A stretch of 64,000 nt of DNA from the human T2T-CHM13v2.0 reference genome, Homo sapiens (GCF_009914755.1 NC_060931.1), one strand, 5' to 3'. Shown: positions 14,012-25,984, counted from the stretch's first letter. Translations and numbers: made by a program. The notes: generated by a model from the sequence alone, not told the origin.

Positions 14012-14227
14012 GCAGGGAAGGAATAGGAAGGAAGGAAGGAAGGAAAGAAGGAAGGAAGAAGGAAGGGGAAGAGGAAGAGAAAGGAGAAGAAAGAGGAGGA
14101 GGAGGAAAAAGAGGAAGAAGAAGGAGGAGGAGGAGAAGGAGGAGGAGGGGGAAGAGGAGGAGGAAAAGAAGCAGAGGAAGAAGAAGAAGAGGAAGAAGAA
14201 GAAGAAGAAAGAAGAGGAAGAAGAAGA

Positions 14228-14273
<46 letters not shown>

Positions 14274-14345
14274 AAGAAGAAGAAGAAGAAGAAGAAGAAG
14301 AAGAAGAAGAAGAAGAAGAAGAAGAAGAAGAAGAAGAAGAAGAAA
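14012..14345 (+). repeat. Homopurine (GGAA)n-(GAG)n-(GAA)n tract ending in ~23 pure GAA units (14276-14344)
   Basis: Direct reading; one pyrimidine between 14025 and 14345. Confidence 0.98.
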
Positions 14346-15030
14346 TATGAATAGAGAGTGCTTCTTGGATCCTGAACTGCAGAGGGTGGGTCCTTCCTCC
14401 TCTGCTCCACTGAAGAGGTAAGGACTGTCGCCTGACAAATGGTGGGATGTGCAAAGGCCCCGTTAGCCAGGCAACCTGTATGTTGGCACATTAGGGTAAA
14501 ATGCAGTGGGGATGGAGGCCGCCTTTGGGTAAAATGTAGATTATCCCATTCTGAGGCACATTAACGAAGTGCTAATTGTGCTTTCTGAATGCAATTTGGT
14601 GCCAGTTGCAGGAATAACTCTGGCACCTGCTTGGACTTTAGACTTGCAGATTAACTCACATGGAAAGAGTAGAAAAACAGGGAATAATTTGTTCTCTAAT
14701 AAGCCACTTGGAAGCCAACTCATTTCTACAGTTGGTGTCAGAAAAGTGCAGCTCAGTGATTGGAACAGGAAACTGTGTATCTGGTACGTAGAGTTCTGTG
14801 CTGTATCTGCCAGGACTTGCTGAGCAACTCACCTCACTTTGCATCTACTGGCCTCAAGTTACCTTCCCACTATTAGGGATAAGAATACTTTTATTCAGTT
14901 TGGACAAACTGGATCTGAAGAACCCGGTTTTGCATCTTTCACTTATAGTCACATGGACAGCTCTGATAAATACGCCCAGAAGGCAGGAAAGCAGGAAGTG
15001 AGTGTCTGCATTTATGAGCAGTTCTCAGGG

Positions 15031-15215
15031 ATGTGATTCTCAAAGTGGGGCCCCCAAACCAGAAACATTGTCATCACCTTGGATGTTGTTGGAGATGTAA
15101 ATCCACAGGCCCCACCCAGACCTACTGCACCAGAAACTGGGGGTGGGGTCTAGTAATCTGTGGCTTAACACACCCTCTAGGTGATCTGATGCACGATGAA
15201 GTTTGAGAAGCACTG
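15031..15215. mobile_element. MER5A (hAT-Charlie)
   Basis: gattctcaaagtg...ggccccacccagacctactg...ggtgatctgatgcac...gtttgagaagcactg. Confidence 0.85.
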
Positions 15216-15259
15216 ACTGTTCTAGGAAGTGTGGATCCGTTAAGCAGTGTTTACTGAGT

Positions 15260-15510
15260 ATTAAGTTACTTAACAAATGGTTACTTGGGTCAAACTATGT
15301 GCCCTACAATATGCTAGGCACTATGGGTTGAATAATTAACAAGACAACCCTCACAGAGCTTATTGTTTAATAAGTGATGCATTAAACAAGCAAACGGGTG
15401 TAATGCTGGGAATGAAAAAGCAGGTGCTTGGAGGGCCAACAGTGCAAGGTGCTTGTTTAGGTAGGGCAGTCAGGGAAGGCCACTCAGAGGAAGTGGCATT
15501 TATGCCTCAG
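15260..15510 (-). mobile_element. L2 fragment
   Basis: actatgtgcc...tgctaggcact...ccctcacagagctta...gtcagggaaggcc. Confidence 0.55.
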
Positions 15511-17106
15511 CCATGCTGTCAGGAAAGCCAGGGAACATTGGCTGGAGGGAGGTGCAATGTAGGGGCGTTTGTGCCAGATGAAGATGGGACTTGAAGCTCA
15601 AAACTGCAGGAGCCTCTCCCCATCCTTCCTTGCCTTTTCTGAGACAACCCTGGAGGAGGGGCGGTGGCTCCCTGGCACAGGAACTCTGTTTATCATCTAG
15701 CCGAGTGGAGATAGCATCATCATCATTTTCCAGGGGCCAGATATTTGCAATATTAAAAAAGAAATCATGTGATTTGCTGACAGCACGTAATGGGTAATTC
15801 GAGGGGCCTTATTATTCCTATACATAGTATCTGGCTTGTGACAGGCAGCCAGCTGTCTGGCATAGACGGAGAGCACACATACCTTCAGTTTGGAATTTTT
15901 CCTTCCTGAGTGACAACTGACAGCTAAGATCCTGTTTGGATGGGTGGCCTCGAGTCTTCATTAGGGGCCACTTGGTGTTAAGAGATGCAGTTGAGGGGCC
16001 CTCTGAAGGTAGGGACTGACTCATGGCTGATCGACCCAAGGTCTCCTACAGAGGGAGCAGCCAGAGATAGCACTCCCACACCTGCTGACTGTTGACTCTG
16101 TGTGGGCAGGGCATGAGGTGTGCTTCTCCTCCTACTGGAGTTGGTCAGAGGCTCTATTTTATAGTTTTGAGATGAGGGCACATCTTCATCACTGAGCAAT
16201 ATTTCTCATTCTGTGTGTGTGTGTGCACGTGTGTGCATGTGTGCATTTTTTTTATCCACTAGGGCAGCATTCTTCACCATTCTTGGGCAGGCATTTGCTT
16301 CCTCAGAACAGCATCTGGCAGATAAGAAGACAACTGTGGAATGAATGGATGGATGCATGGATGGATGGGGAACTGCACTGAAAGTCAAGGAGTGCAGGTC
16401 TTCAGAGCAGGAGCAGAGTTCACATCCCAGAGAGGACAGCGCCCTTGGGCACTTGTCTTGTGCTTGGTTGGGACTGCCCCATTACATTTGGAGACCTACA
16501 CTGGGGGTTTCTCAGCTCTTGGAAGGGTGATCTCGATGACTAGGTGGCATATGCCTAGCACTGAGCCTAGCACACATTAGGCATCCAAAAAGCTGCTGTT
16601 GCATGACTGCATTCAATCATTATTTTTCAGGTCAGGGATTATTATTTGTAACATATCAACCTTCCTGGGCTCTCCCTGCCTAGTGTAGAGTGGGATGCAG
16701 GACAAGGCAAAGCCCAGAGCGGGATGCTCTCCTTCTGTTTACCCCTCCAAGGAATATCACAGATAGTGTTGTGGGGAAAGAGACCCCAGAAAGGATGCAA
16801 GAGCATGAGTCTTTCCTGGATTGGCCCAGGGCTTTTCTGTCATTCGCCTGTGCATATTGTGCACATTTTTTTTATCCTTGGAAAGTAAATATTGCCTTGT
16901 CTGTTTGCCTACATCTGGTCTTAGGACACTGCCCAGCTAATCACTTTGAGGCAGTGAGGGGCTGGAACAATTGCCCCTCTTGATCACATGATTGGGAAAC
17001 TCTGAATATGCCTGCCTTTCCTCTTACCTCTTGGTTATCCTGAAGGAGGCTAGGAAGGCCCATCTGTATAAGGGGGTAGGTAATTGGCGTGAGATGAAAT
17101 AAGTCT

Positions 17107-17585
17107 GCACAGCATTATTTACAATAGTTGAAAAGCAGAAGCAACCCAAGTGTCCAGTGATACACTGACGGGGGAATGAATAAACAAAATGTGGTAAGTA
17201 CACATGTGGAATTGTTATCCAGACCTTACAAAGAAGGAAACAGTGACACATGCTGCAACATGGATGAACCTTGAAGACATGCTAGAAAAAATAAACTAGT
17301 CACAAAAGGGCAAACACTCTTATGATTCCACTTATATGAGATGTCTAGAATGGGAAAAATAATGAAGACAGAAAGTAGAAAAGAAGTTACCAGGGACCAG
17401 GGGAGGGGAGAATGGAGAGTTGTTGTTTACTGAGTGTGTCATTTCCATTTGGGAAGATGAAAAAGTTCTGGAGTTGGTGGTGGTGATGGTTGCAGAACAA
17501 TGGGAATGCACTTAATGAATTGTATACTTAAAAATGGTTACAATGGTACATTTTATGCTATATCTATTTAATCACAACTTTTGAA
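17107..17585 (+). mobile_element. L1MB-type 3' end
   Basis: gcattatttacaatag...catggatgaaccttgaagac...gatgaaaaagttctggag...ggtgatggttgca...aaaaatggtta. Confidence 0.85.
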
Positions 17586-17609
17586 AAAGTCTGCAGAGGA
17601 GAGACTTGG

Positions 17610-17977
17610 TGATATAGTTTGGCTGTGTCCCCACCCAAATGTCATCTTGAATTGTAGCTCCCTTAGTCCCCACACATTGTGGGAAAGACCTGGAGGGAGG
17701 TATTTGAATCATGGGGGTGGGTTTTCCCTTTCCCATGCTGTTCTTGTGATAGTGAATAAGTCTTACGAGATCCAAAGGTTTTATAAAGGGCAGTTCCCCT
17801 GTACATGCTCTCTTGCCTGCCTCCATGTAAGACGTGCCTTTCCTTCTCCTTTGCCTTCCACCATGATTGTGAGGCCTCCCCAGCCATGTGGAACTGTGGG
17901 TCCATTAAACCTCTTTCATTTATAAATTACCAGTCTCAGGTATGTCTTTATTAGCAGTGTGAGAACAGACTAATGCA
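17610..17977 (+). mobile_element. THE1C-like solo LTR
   Basis: TGATATAGTTTGGCTGTGTCCCC...GACTAATGCA; perfect 5-bp TSD CTTGG. Confidence 0.95.
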
Positions 17978-17984
17978 CTTGGTG

Positions 17985-18365
17985 TCGCAAGTTGTGCCTT
18001 CTGGATGCAGATGCTAGGATGGAGTTTGGTCTGTGAGATGTTGTTAGGGATCAATACCTCTGAAAGGAAGGGGAGGAAGTAGGACTGAGAAGAGGCAGAA
18101 GCTGAATTGAGTCTGTCACACAGGCCCTCAAAAACCTTGGAAGCTTTGGAGTGTGAATTGCCCATCAGGACAAAATGACCAGGCCTCTGATGCCTGTGCC
18201 TCTCAGACCCCTGATGTGGCTCAGTTGAAGCTGACCTTGAAGGAGCTGTCAGTTGTGGGGTGGGGAGGGGAGGGTCTCTACTGACCACAGAAATGGGGAA
18301 TCTCAGTGGCACTTTGCTGTTTACCACAGTGGGGAGACAGCAGGTCAAAGAGTCCTATGCAGAAT
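17985..18365. mobile_element. LTR16-like ERVL LTR remnant
   Basis: gcagatgctaggatggagttt...aatacctctg...gggaggaagtaggactg...agaagctgaa resembles the LTR16 family. Confidence 0.4.
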
Positions 18366-19281
18366 GGTTAAGCTGTTGATGCCTTCGTTTAATAGGTTGG
18401 TGCCTCTGATACCCTGTCGTGGGGTGAAGTCACTTGCACATCCAGTGAGCAAGTCTAGAACCATCTTCTTCCAACTCTCAGCCCACGCCCCTTACAGCTT
18501 TCCTTGCCAGTCAGTGCTCAGATCCCACACTTGGCTCAGTCGCTCAGCAGTGGGGTAATCAAACCCACCACACTACCTCGTGGAATTTCCAGGAAGATAA
18601 AGTCAGGTAGTTTAGCTTTATGCAAATACAATACTCTGAATGACTCAAAAGGAAAAACAGGATTATTCCCAGGTCAAATGGGGAATTGGTAATACAGCAG
18701 TAATAATAAATCAGAAATGAATGGATTTGAGTGCTAATTCAACAGGTGCTTCACTAGGAGTGTTTGAGCAGATCATGATTTTTATACTTTATGCCCCATG
18801 CATCTGATTTGCCACACATTTGCTGAGCACCTATTAAGTGCATAGGACTCTATGGGATACAGAGAGGGAGATAGGTGGGTCCCAGCCCTGGAGTATGTTC
18901 CTTCCCCTGCAGAGGCAGGACAAGCTAACAGCTGCACCAGGCAGCATCTGAGCGAGATGAGGGCAAAGGTGTTGGGCCCTGCATCAGCCTGAGCCCTCCG
19001 AAAAGCACTGCTTCCCCACGTTCCACTCAAGGGCCATGAACTGTCTATCGAGCAAACTTTTAATGAAAAATAACAGTTTAACCAAAAAGTCAATATCAAT
19101 TTCTCTGCCCCAAGTCACAAAGATTTTCAATCCTTCAAACTCCATCTGAGCATCTGTGTCCAGAAGCTCGACCTGCAAGGCCAGCTCTCTCCTCTGCAGA
19201 CTCATTTCTATCCCACAGCAAGTTGTCACCGTCTGTAAACAGGACTTTCCCGGACACTCCCACAGAATAACAAAAAGGGAC

Positions 19282-19999
19282 TGTGTTTCCTAGGGTGAAA
19301 CTGGGTGGCCTAAAACAGCAGAATTGTGTTGTCTCACAATTCTGGAGGCCAGAAGTCTGAAGTCATGGTGTTGGCAGGGCCAGGCTCTGGGTTGCTGCTA
19401 ATCCTTGGTGTTTCAGCAGCTGCATGACTCCAATATTGCCTTCATCTTCACATGGAGTTCTCCTTGTGTCCCTGTATCTTCACATGACAGTTGATATGGT
19501 TTGGCTGTGTCCCCACCCAAATCTCATTTTGAATTGTAGCTTCCATAATCCCCAAGTGTTGTGGGAGGGACCTGGTGAGAAGTAATTGAATCATGGGGGC
19601 AGGGTTTTCCCATGCTGTTCTCATGATAGTGAATAAGTCTCATGAGATCTGGTGGTTTTATCAAGGGGAGTTCCCCTGCATATGCCCTCTTGCCTGCTGC
19701 CGTGTAAGACATCGTTTTGCTCCTCCTTGCCTTCCAACATTATTGTGAGGTCTCCCTAGCCATGCGGAACTGTGAGTCAATTGCATCTCTTCCCTTTATA
19801 AATTACCCAGTCTTGGGTATGTCTTTATTAGCAGCATGAGAATGGACTAATAGAACTGTATTAGCACACTCCAGTATGACCTATCTTAATTAGTTACATC
19901 TGCAATGACCCTATTTCCAAATAAATTCACATTTTGTTGTACTGGGGATTGGGACTTCAATGTATCTTTTTTAGGTAAAACATGATTCAAACCAAAACA
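19282..19999 (-). mobile_element. MLT1 (B/C-like) LTR, interrupted by THE1
   Basis: gtctcacaattctggaggccagaagtctgaa on the left; acatctgcaatgaccctatttccaaataa on the right. Confidence 0.8.
19492..19854 (+). mobile_element. THE1C-like solo LTR
   Basis: TGATATGGTTTGGCTGTGTCCCCACCCAAATCTC...GGACTAATAGA; TSD ACAGT/ACTGT. Confidence 0.95.
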
Positions 20000-20202
20000 G
20001 GAACCCAGAAAATATATTAGCTTTCTTGTAGACACAGGCCAGGAGTAGTTGGGTGTGTCTGACATGGGGGTGTTTTTCTGTGACAGTGTGTGTAAGGTAC
20101 GTCATAGTTCTAAGTTGATGGAACACAGAATCTGCAGACTTTGCCAAACATTCACATTGAACTACTATTTATGTTTTTATTTTCAAGCCAATTATTTAAG
20201 TA

Positions 20203-20610
20203 CAATTGGCCCTTGAACAATATGGGGTTTAGGGGTGCTGAACACCCCCACATAGTTGAATATCCAAGAATAACTTTCAATTCCCTAAAACCTTAACTAT
20301 TAAAAGTCTACCGTGGACTGGAAACCTTACAAATGACATAAACAGTTGATTAACACATTTTGTATGTTATAGGTACTTTATACTGTATTTTTACAATAAA
20401 GTAAGCTAGAGGAAAGATATTGTGATTAAGAAAACCTTGAGGAAGAGAAAATGTATTTACTATTCGTCATCATAACATTTTTATCCTTGTTATCTTTATG
20501 TAGAGGAATGGGAGGGGTTGGTCTTGCTGTCTTGGGGTGGCAGAGTTGAAAGAAAATTCATGTCTAAGCGGTCTTATGCAGTTCAAACCCGTGTTGATCA
20601 AGCTCCACTG
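20203..20610. mobile_element. Tigger2a-like non-autonomous DNA transposon
   Basis: TA-flanked; terminal inverted repeats caattggcccttgaacaa / gttgatcaagctccactg; internal tacaataaagtaagctaga. Confidence 0.85.
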
Positions 20611-20859
20611 TAAAAGCATATGCCTTGATGATGGCCTCAAGCATAGTTGGGACATTCTTGCCTTTCAGACTAGGATGCTAAATGTAGCAAACACTTTATT
20701 GAGGGAAGGCCATAATTAAAGAAACACTGTCCCAAGAACTGAGCTGGGAAAAGGAGCAGATTTAATGGGTTTGTTCCTTTTGACCTGCTGTGGGTATTTG
20801 CTGGCATTTTGTTTTTAGTAGCATAAATGCTTACCTATCTCAGCTTGTGATTATGTCTG

Positions 20860-21218
20860 TGTATTAGTCCGTTTTCACGCTGCTGATAAGGACATACCCA
20901 AGACTGGGAAATTAACAAAAGAAAGAAGTTTAATGGACTCACAGTTCCACATGGCTGGGGAGGCCTCGCAATCATGGCAGAAGGCGAAAGGCACCTCTCA
21001 CGTGGTGGCAGACAAGAGAAGAGAAACTGTGCAGAGGAACTCCCCTTTATAAAACCATCAGATAGTGTGAGACTCATTCACTGTCACAAGAACAGCACGG
21101 GAAAGACCCAGCCCCATGATTCAATTACCTCCTACTGGGTGCCTCTCATGACACATGGGAATTGTGGGAGTTATAATTCAAGATGAGATTTGGGTGGGGA
21201 CACAGCCAAACCATATAA
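20860..21218 (-). mobile_element. THE1B solo LTR
   Basis: TGTATTAGTCCGTTTTCACGCTGCTGATAA...GGGACACAGCCAAACCATATAA; TSD GTCTG/GTGTG. Confidence 0.95.
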
Positions 21219-22861
21219 GTGTGTGTGTGCATGTTGTGTGTATGTTAGGGTGTTGGTATTATTCATTTCCATTTCTACTTCTTGTTGGTGTGTGAGGTGT
21301 GAGGGGGTACATAGGGAAGATACCATGCATTTGAAAGCTCTCTACAAAACAATGAATGTCAAAAACTACATGGAGGCTGGCAGACATTTTGTCCCTCGGT
21401 GAAGGACACACTCAATGGTGACTGAGCAGAGTGGTGCTGACTGTACCCCCTGGCCATACCCCTGACCCTGGATTGAGCAGATCTCTAACCTGGCTGCTGC
21501 TTCTTTCCGGGACACTCCTTCCCTGTTCCCAGGAGATGCCCTGGCTCAAGGGCACTTTCCAGAGTGGAACTTTCTGCTGCTTCCTAAAGTTCTTCCCAAC
21601 CTAGTTGCTAAGCAATGCTGGTGCTCACTAGAGGGGCTGCTCCTGCTCTGGGCATGGGTTCACCATCCCATCTGCAATTTAAATTCCCTGACAGGCAGAG
21701 GCAGCCGAGCTGTTCACTGGAGATTGCAAAAACTTAGATTGAAATACAGGGAATATCCAATGCCTCGAGCCCTTCATAAATTTTCCTTTGATAGTAACTG
21801 GGAGAGAGATGAGAAAAGAGGGAGTGAGAAGGTGCCAGAGAGGGGAAAGCATTGCAATTTAGACCTACACACTGGTTTTACCTTTGATCAGTGTTCTCCA
21901 TTCCCTCTTTGCCCCAGTGTGTGCTTACTCTCAATCTTCTCTCCGGACTTTCTGGCTGTCTCCATTCATCTCCCTTATCCCACCTTGTTAGTGAGCTTCT
22001 GGGCATCTCTTTTGCTTTTCCCATGGCTGTCTGGACATGAAGAAGCAAGGACAAAGCCACTGACTGGTTAACAGGACCACACAGGTTCCATTGTGGCCAA
22101 GTCCCCAAGGGCCCCTCTCCTGGGGCAGCCTGCAGCCCTCCAGGGCCTGGCAATGAGAAGCTCCCTTGGCAATGCCCAGAGCTACAGCTGTCTTGACAAT
22201 GGCTGGACAGCCTGCTGGGGCCCCAGCTGCAATTCTTGGGGGCACCCAGGCTCCTCGGAGCCCAGCAGAGCCCCAGGGGAAGCTGTGCCCCTCAGCCCCC
22301 TGCAGCTGATTTGTAGTGAAGGAGGTGTGGAGTTGGGCTACACCATCTCTTCAATTTCCCAGATCAGATCCATGAGGCATCAGAATCAGGCACTGCCAAG
22401 GAGCTTGCAGAATCTGCCTCACTGGAGATTGGATTCTGGGATTAGTTCTCTCCTTCAATCTTTCTCCTCTCCCATTTCACTCTTTGGGTCCTGTCCTTTT
22501 AGTCTCAGTGTCCTCCAACTTAAAAAAAATCGTCTTACATTTAATTTTCTCCCTATTCCTCAAACACCACTCTTAAGTTATTGGGCATTCCAGGTTCTGC
22601 CAAGGAGATGGACTGACAGCTGGGCTCAGGACCTTGCAGTCTAAGGCAGACAACGGTGACCAAAACTGGCTCATGGAGACACTGGCTATTCCCACTGACA
22701 CGCCGCCCTTGGGCCCTGCCTGGTGGCCTGTGGACAGTAGAAACTGGCCTTAAGGAGCCTTCAGCCTTCAACTGGGTTATTTGTGCCTAGTGTGCTGTAA
22801 GATTAGGGCTGACAGACACAAGTACAAAGATCTTGAGTGCTGAGGGAAGTTAAGAAGAAAT

Positions 22862-23540
22862 GAAGCCATTTTACACTTACTAGGGGGGCTATAATCAAGA
22901 AACAGAAGATAACAAGTGTTAGTGAAGATGTGGAGAAATTGGAACCGCCATACAATGCTGGTGGGAATACAAAATGGTGCAACCTCTGCGAATAGTTTGG
23001 CAGCTCTTCAAATATATAAACACAAAATTACCGTAGGATCTGGCAATCCTACTGCTAGGTAGATCCTGAAAAAAAATTGAAGGCAGGGATGTTTGCACAT
23101 CAATGTTCACAGCAGCATTATTCACAATAGCAAAAAGGTAGAAGCAACCCATGTATCCATTGATGGATGAATGGATAAGTAAACTGTGGTATATCCATAC
23201 AATGAAATATTACTTAGTCATCAAAAGAAAGGGAATTTTTATATATGCTACAGCATGGACAGACTTTTTGAAAACATTGTACTAGGCAAAATACACCAGA
23301 CACAGAAGGACAAATACTGCATATTCAATTTATATGAGAAACCTAAATTAGTGAAATTCATAGAGACAAAGTAGATTAGAGGTTATCTGGGGATGGGTAC
23401 AGAGTTTGCACTGGGGATGATGAGACAGTGGTGATGGTTACGCAATATTGTGAATGCACTTAATGTCACCAAATAGTATGCTGACAAATGGTTAAAATGA
23501 TAAAAAATAAGTTATGAATATTTTGCCATAATAATAAAAA
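22862..23540 (+). mobile_element. L1MB-type 3' end
   Basis: gatgtggagaaattggaacc...gcagcattattcacaatagc...attcatagagacaaagtagatta...gtgaatgcacttaatgtcac. Confidence 0.85.
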
Positions 23541-23554
23541 AGAGTGGCATGAGG

Positions 23555-23805
23555 CAGCCAATGCGGTGAGGGGGAGCTGGGAGGAACGCCTCCTGTGATA
23601 AGAGGGAGGGTGGGGAGGGCGGAAGCAGCCATCAGAATGTCAGTGCTGAAAGGCACCGGCCTTGCTAGTGGGGAGGGCAAAGGGACACCACGTGTGGAGA
23701 TGAGGCTGAGAAATAGGAGTGAACGCTGAGCGTGAGTGTGAGTCCGTGCCACATGTGATGTCAGGAGAGGGCGTGAGTTATGCAGGTTGCCAGGTAGAAG
23801 TGAGT
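23555..23805 (+). promoter_or_regulatory. Promoter-like motif cluster (CCAAT, GATA, GC-box/G4, ETS, E-box) followed by four GTGAGT hexamers
   Basis: Motifs read directly; function inferred. Confidence 0.3.
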
Positions 23806-25984
23806 AGGGTCCTTAGAGAGCCTGGACTCCTACTCTTAATCTGCAGATAACAAAACCAAGACCCAGAGCTTTTCCCAGGGTTTGGAAGGAAAAGAAAAAG
23901 GAGGATGAGTGTTTGGTCATCCCATGGGGGGTTTGATTTCAGCCAAATGACATTCCTCCCAGGCCCTTCCCAATATTAGTTTCAAATGAAGTTCTGGGGA
24001 GGAGCTGATGGGGGGCAATGGAGATGACTTAAAAGGCAGCGCTGGCCTGGAGGGTGTATTGATCAGGGTCTGCAAGTGTTTTTGTCCAGCCTTCTCCTGC
24101 CACCTCCCTAGTCCTTCCAGGGCATCAATCGCGCCCCCACCTCTGTTCCAAATGGAGCCTTGGAGACCTGCGGCTGTAGCATGCTCTGTCCCTGTGGACA
24201 GGAGAACAGGGGGAGAAATAGGCTAGAGCTGCTCACCTGAACAGCTTGACACCAAAGAATGAGGAGCTCAGTCCAGATATGAGGGTTTGGAGAAAGCTTG
24301 CTGGATGGTAGGTGGTATTCTCAGAGCTGCAGGTGGAGGACGGGACTCTCAGCATCCATAATGCCCCTGGAGCTGGAATTGTGACTGGATTCTCTCTCAC
24401 GGTGTCCAGTGGTTTGTCTATGTCTCTCTCCTCCTCATATTTGCCTTCTTTCTCCACCTGCTCCTGTCTTTCCAGTCCTCCCTACAGCAAGCCCCAGGCA
24501 GCGGTTTCTGAGGCAGGCGGCCATGGATGGATTCCAGCCATATTCAAAGCCACTAGCCCTGTTTTCTCAAGTGAGCCAGACGTGCTCTCTTCCACCATTT
24601 GATCTTTATGCTGCTCATGCATCTTGTTACAAATAGCTCAACCTTCCCCGTGTTGACTGCAGCACTGGGACATTACAGTAATGTGCCCATTCAAATCAAG
24701 TGGATGCAAAGATCGCTACAGCAGCTTTTAGCCACGGAACATTTAGCCTTCAATAATAGCATTTCGGGTCCTTCAGGGACATTCCTCTGCTGATGCACCT
24801 GGGATGCCTTTTTCCTCCTCCCCACCACAACCCCCAGAACTAAGGAGGGGCAAACATGACTTTTGTTGATGAGGAAACAGAAATTCAAGTAAGGGAACAT
24901 CATGCAGAAAATGAGAGTGTTAGGCCTGATAGGACCACGATGATCATGATAATAATAACAACAATAATTTTGTGCACTACTATGCTGCTTACTGGGTGAA
25001 GGAATTTACTTGCATTGGGGTAGGTTTTACATCTGCAATTTCTGGATGAGGTCAGTGAGGCTGAGGGGGTCAGTAGCTGTCCTAGGCACAAGGAGAATGC
25101 CACCTTATAGTTTGTTCACCAGTTCTTCCCAAAGCCTATGCTTGTGATCTGACAAGGAAAGCAACTCAAGGCTGTCTCCACGGACATTCTAAAATCAGAG
25201 AGAAGCTTCCTTTCCCTGCCGCCTCCAAGGCCCCATGCGAGGACCCTCCGGCTGGTGCTGTCCAAGGACCTCTTCCCTGGTCCCTCCTGCCTTCCTCGAG
25301 CAGTATTCCCCTCACCCCCATCCTGCTCCAGCCTCAGCCAGTAACCTTGGTGGATTTTCACTGAATATGTTGCCTCCACCACCAACAGCATTTTTATTTG
25401 CACTTCCTTGGGGATGCCTTGCCTGGAGGAAGGAGTCTGTGGGATTGTCCAGAGGTAAGAGGGAAACACTGCGCAGTGGGAGTCCCAGCAGGGGCGAGGA
25501 GCAGGGGAGATGGCCGGAGGCTCTGTCTCCACCCTCCTCTTACCACTGCCCATTTCCAGGAAAAGACAACCCAGCCAGAGCAGGGCAGTGGCACGACGGC
25601 TTGCTAGTGCTGTAGCATACCTGGTACCTCAGTGAATTTTCCGGGACATGAGAGGCCCATGTAATAAATAGGTCAGGAAACTGAGCCACAGAGAGGACAC
25701 GGGACTTAGCACAGGGGAAAAGAGTGGTTGAAATGGAACCAGATTCCAGGAGGCCTCATTCCCAGTCCTGTACTCTTCCTGCGGAGACACCATGCTTTGA
25801 ACCAGGCTCGAAGTTGCCAAAGTGAACATTTTAAAACTTTTCCCAGGGCTCAAGAGATGGCCGAGTAAAATCTCCAGACACTGTGGCTCCCACAGGCTCC
25901 TTATTGGGCCATTCACTTCATGGGCACAGTTTGGTGGTTGGGGTGAGAGGAGCTTCGTGGAGAGGACAAAGGATGGGGAAGGAG

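Noticed and set aside
14276-14344. Identification as the FXN or FGF14 GAA repeat
   Set aside because: The FXN repeat lies within an Alu and this one does not; I cannot match the flanks to FGF14, so no locus name is supportable
13892-14491. Four overlapping 144-199 aa ORFs (poly-F/L/S/R/E)
   Set aside because: Translation artefacts of the stop-free GAA/GAG tract
22093-22644. 183-aa ORF, the longest non-repeat ORF
   Set aside because: Non-ATG start, S/L/P/G-rich composition expected from GC-rich non-coding DNA, and no recognisable domain
24233-24457. Minus-strand ORF (EKEGKYEEERDIDKPL...)
   Set aside because: The charged stretch is simply the complement of the plus-strand polypyrimidine tract; non-ATG start
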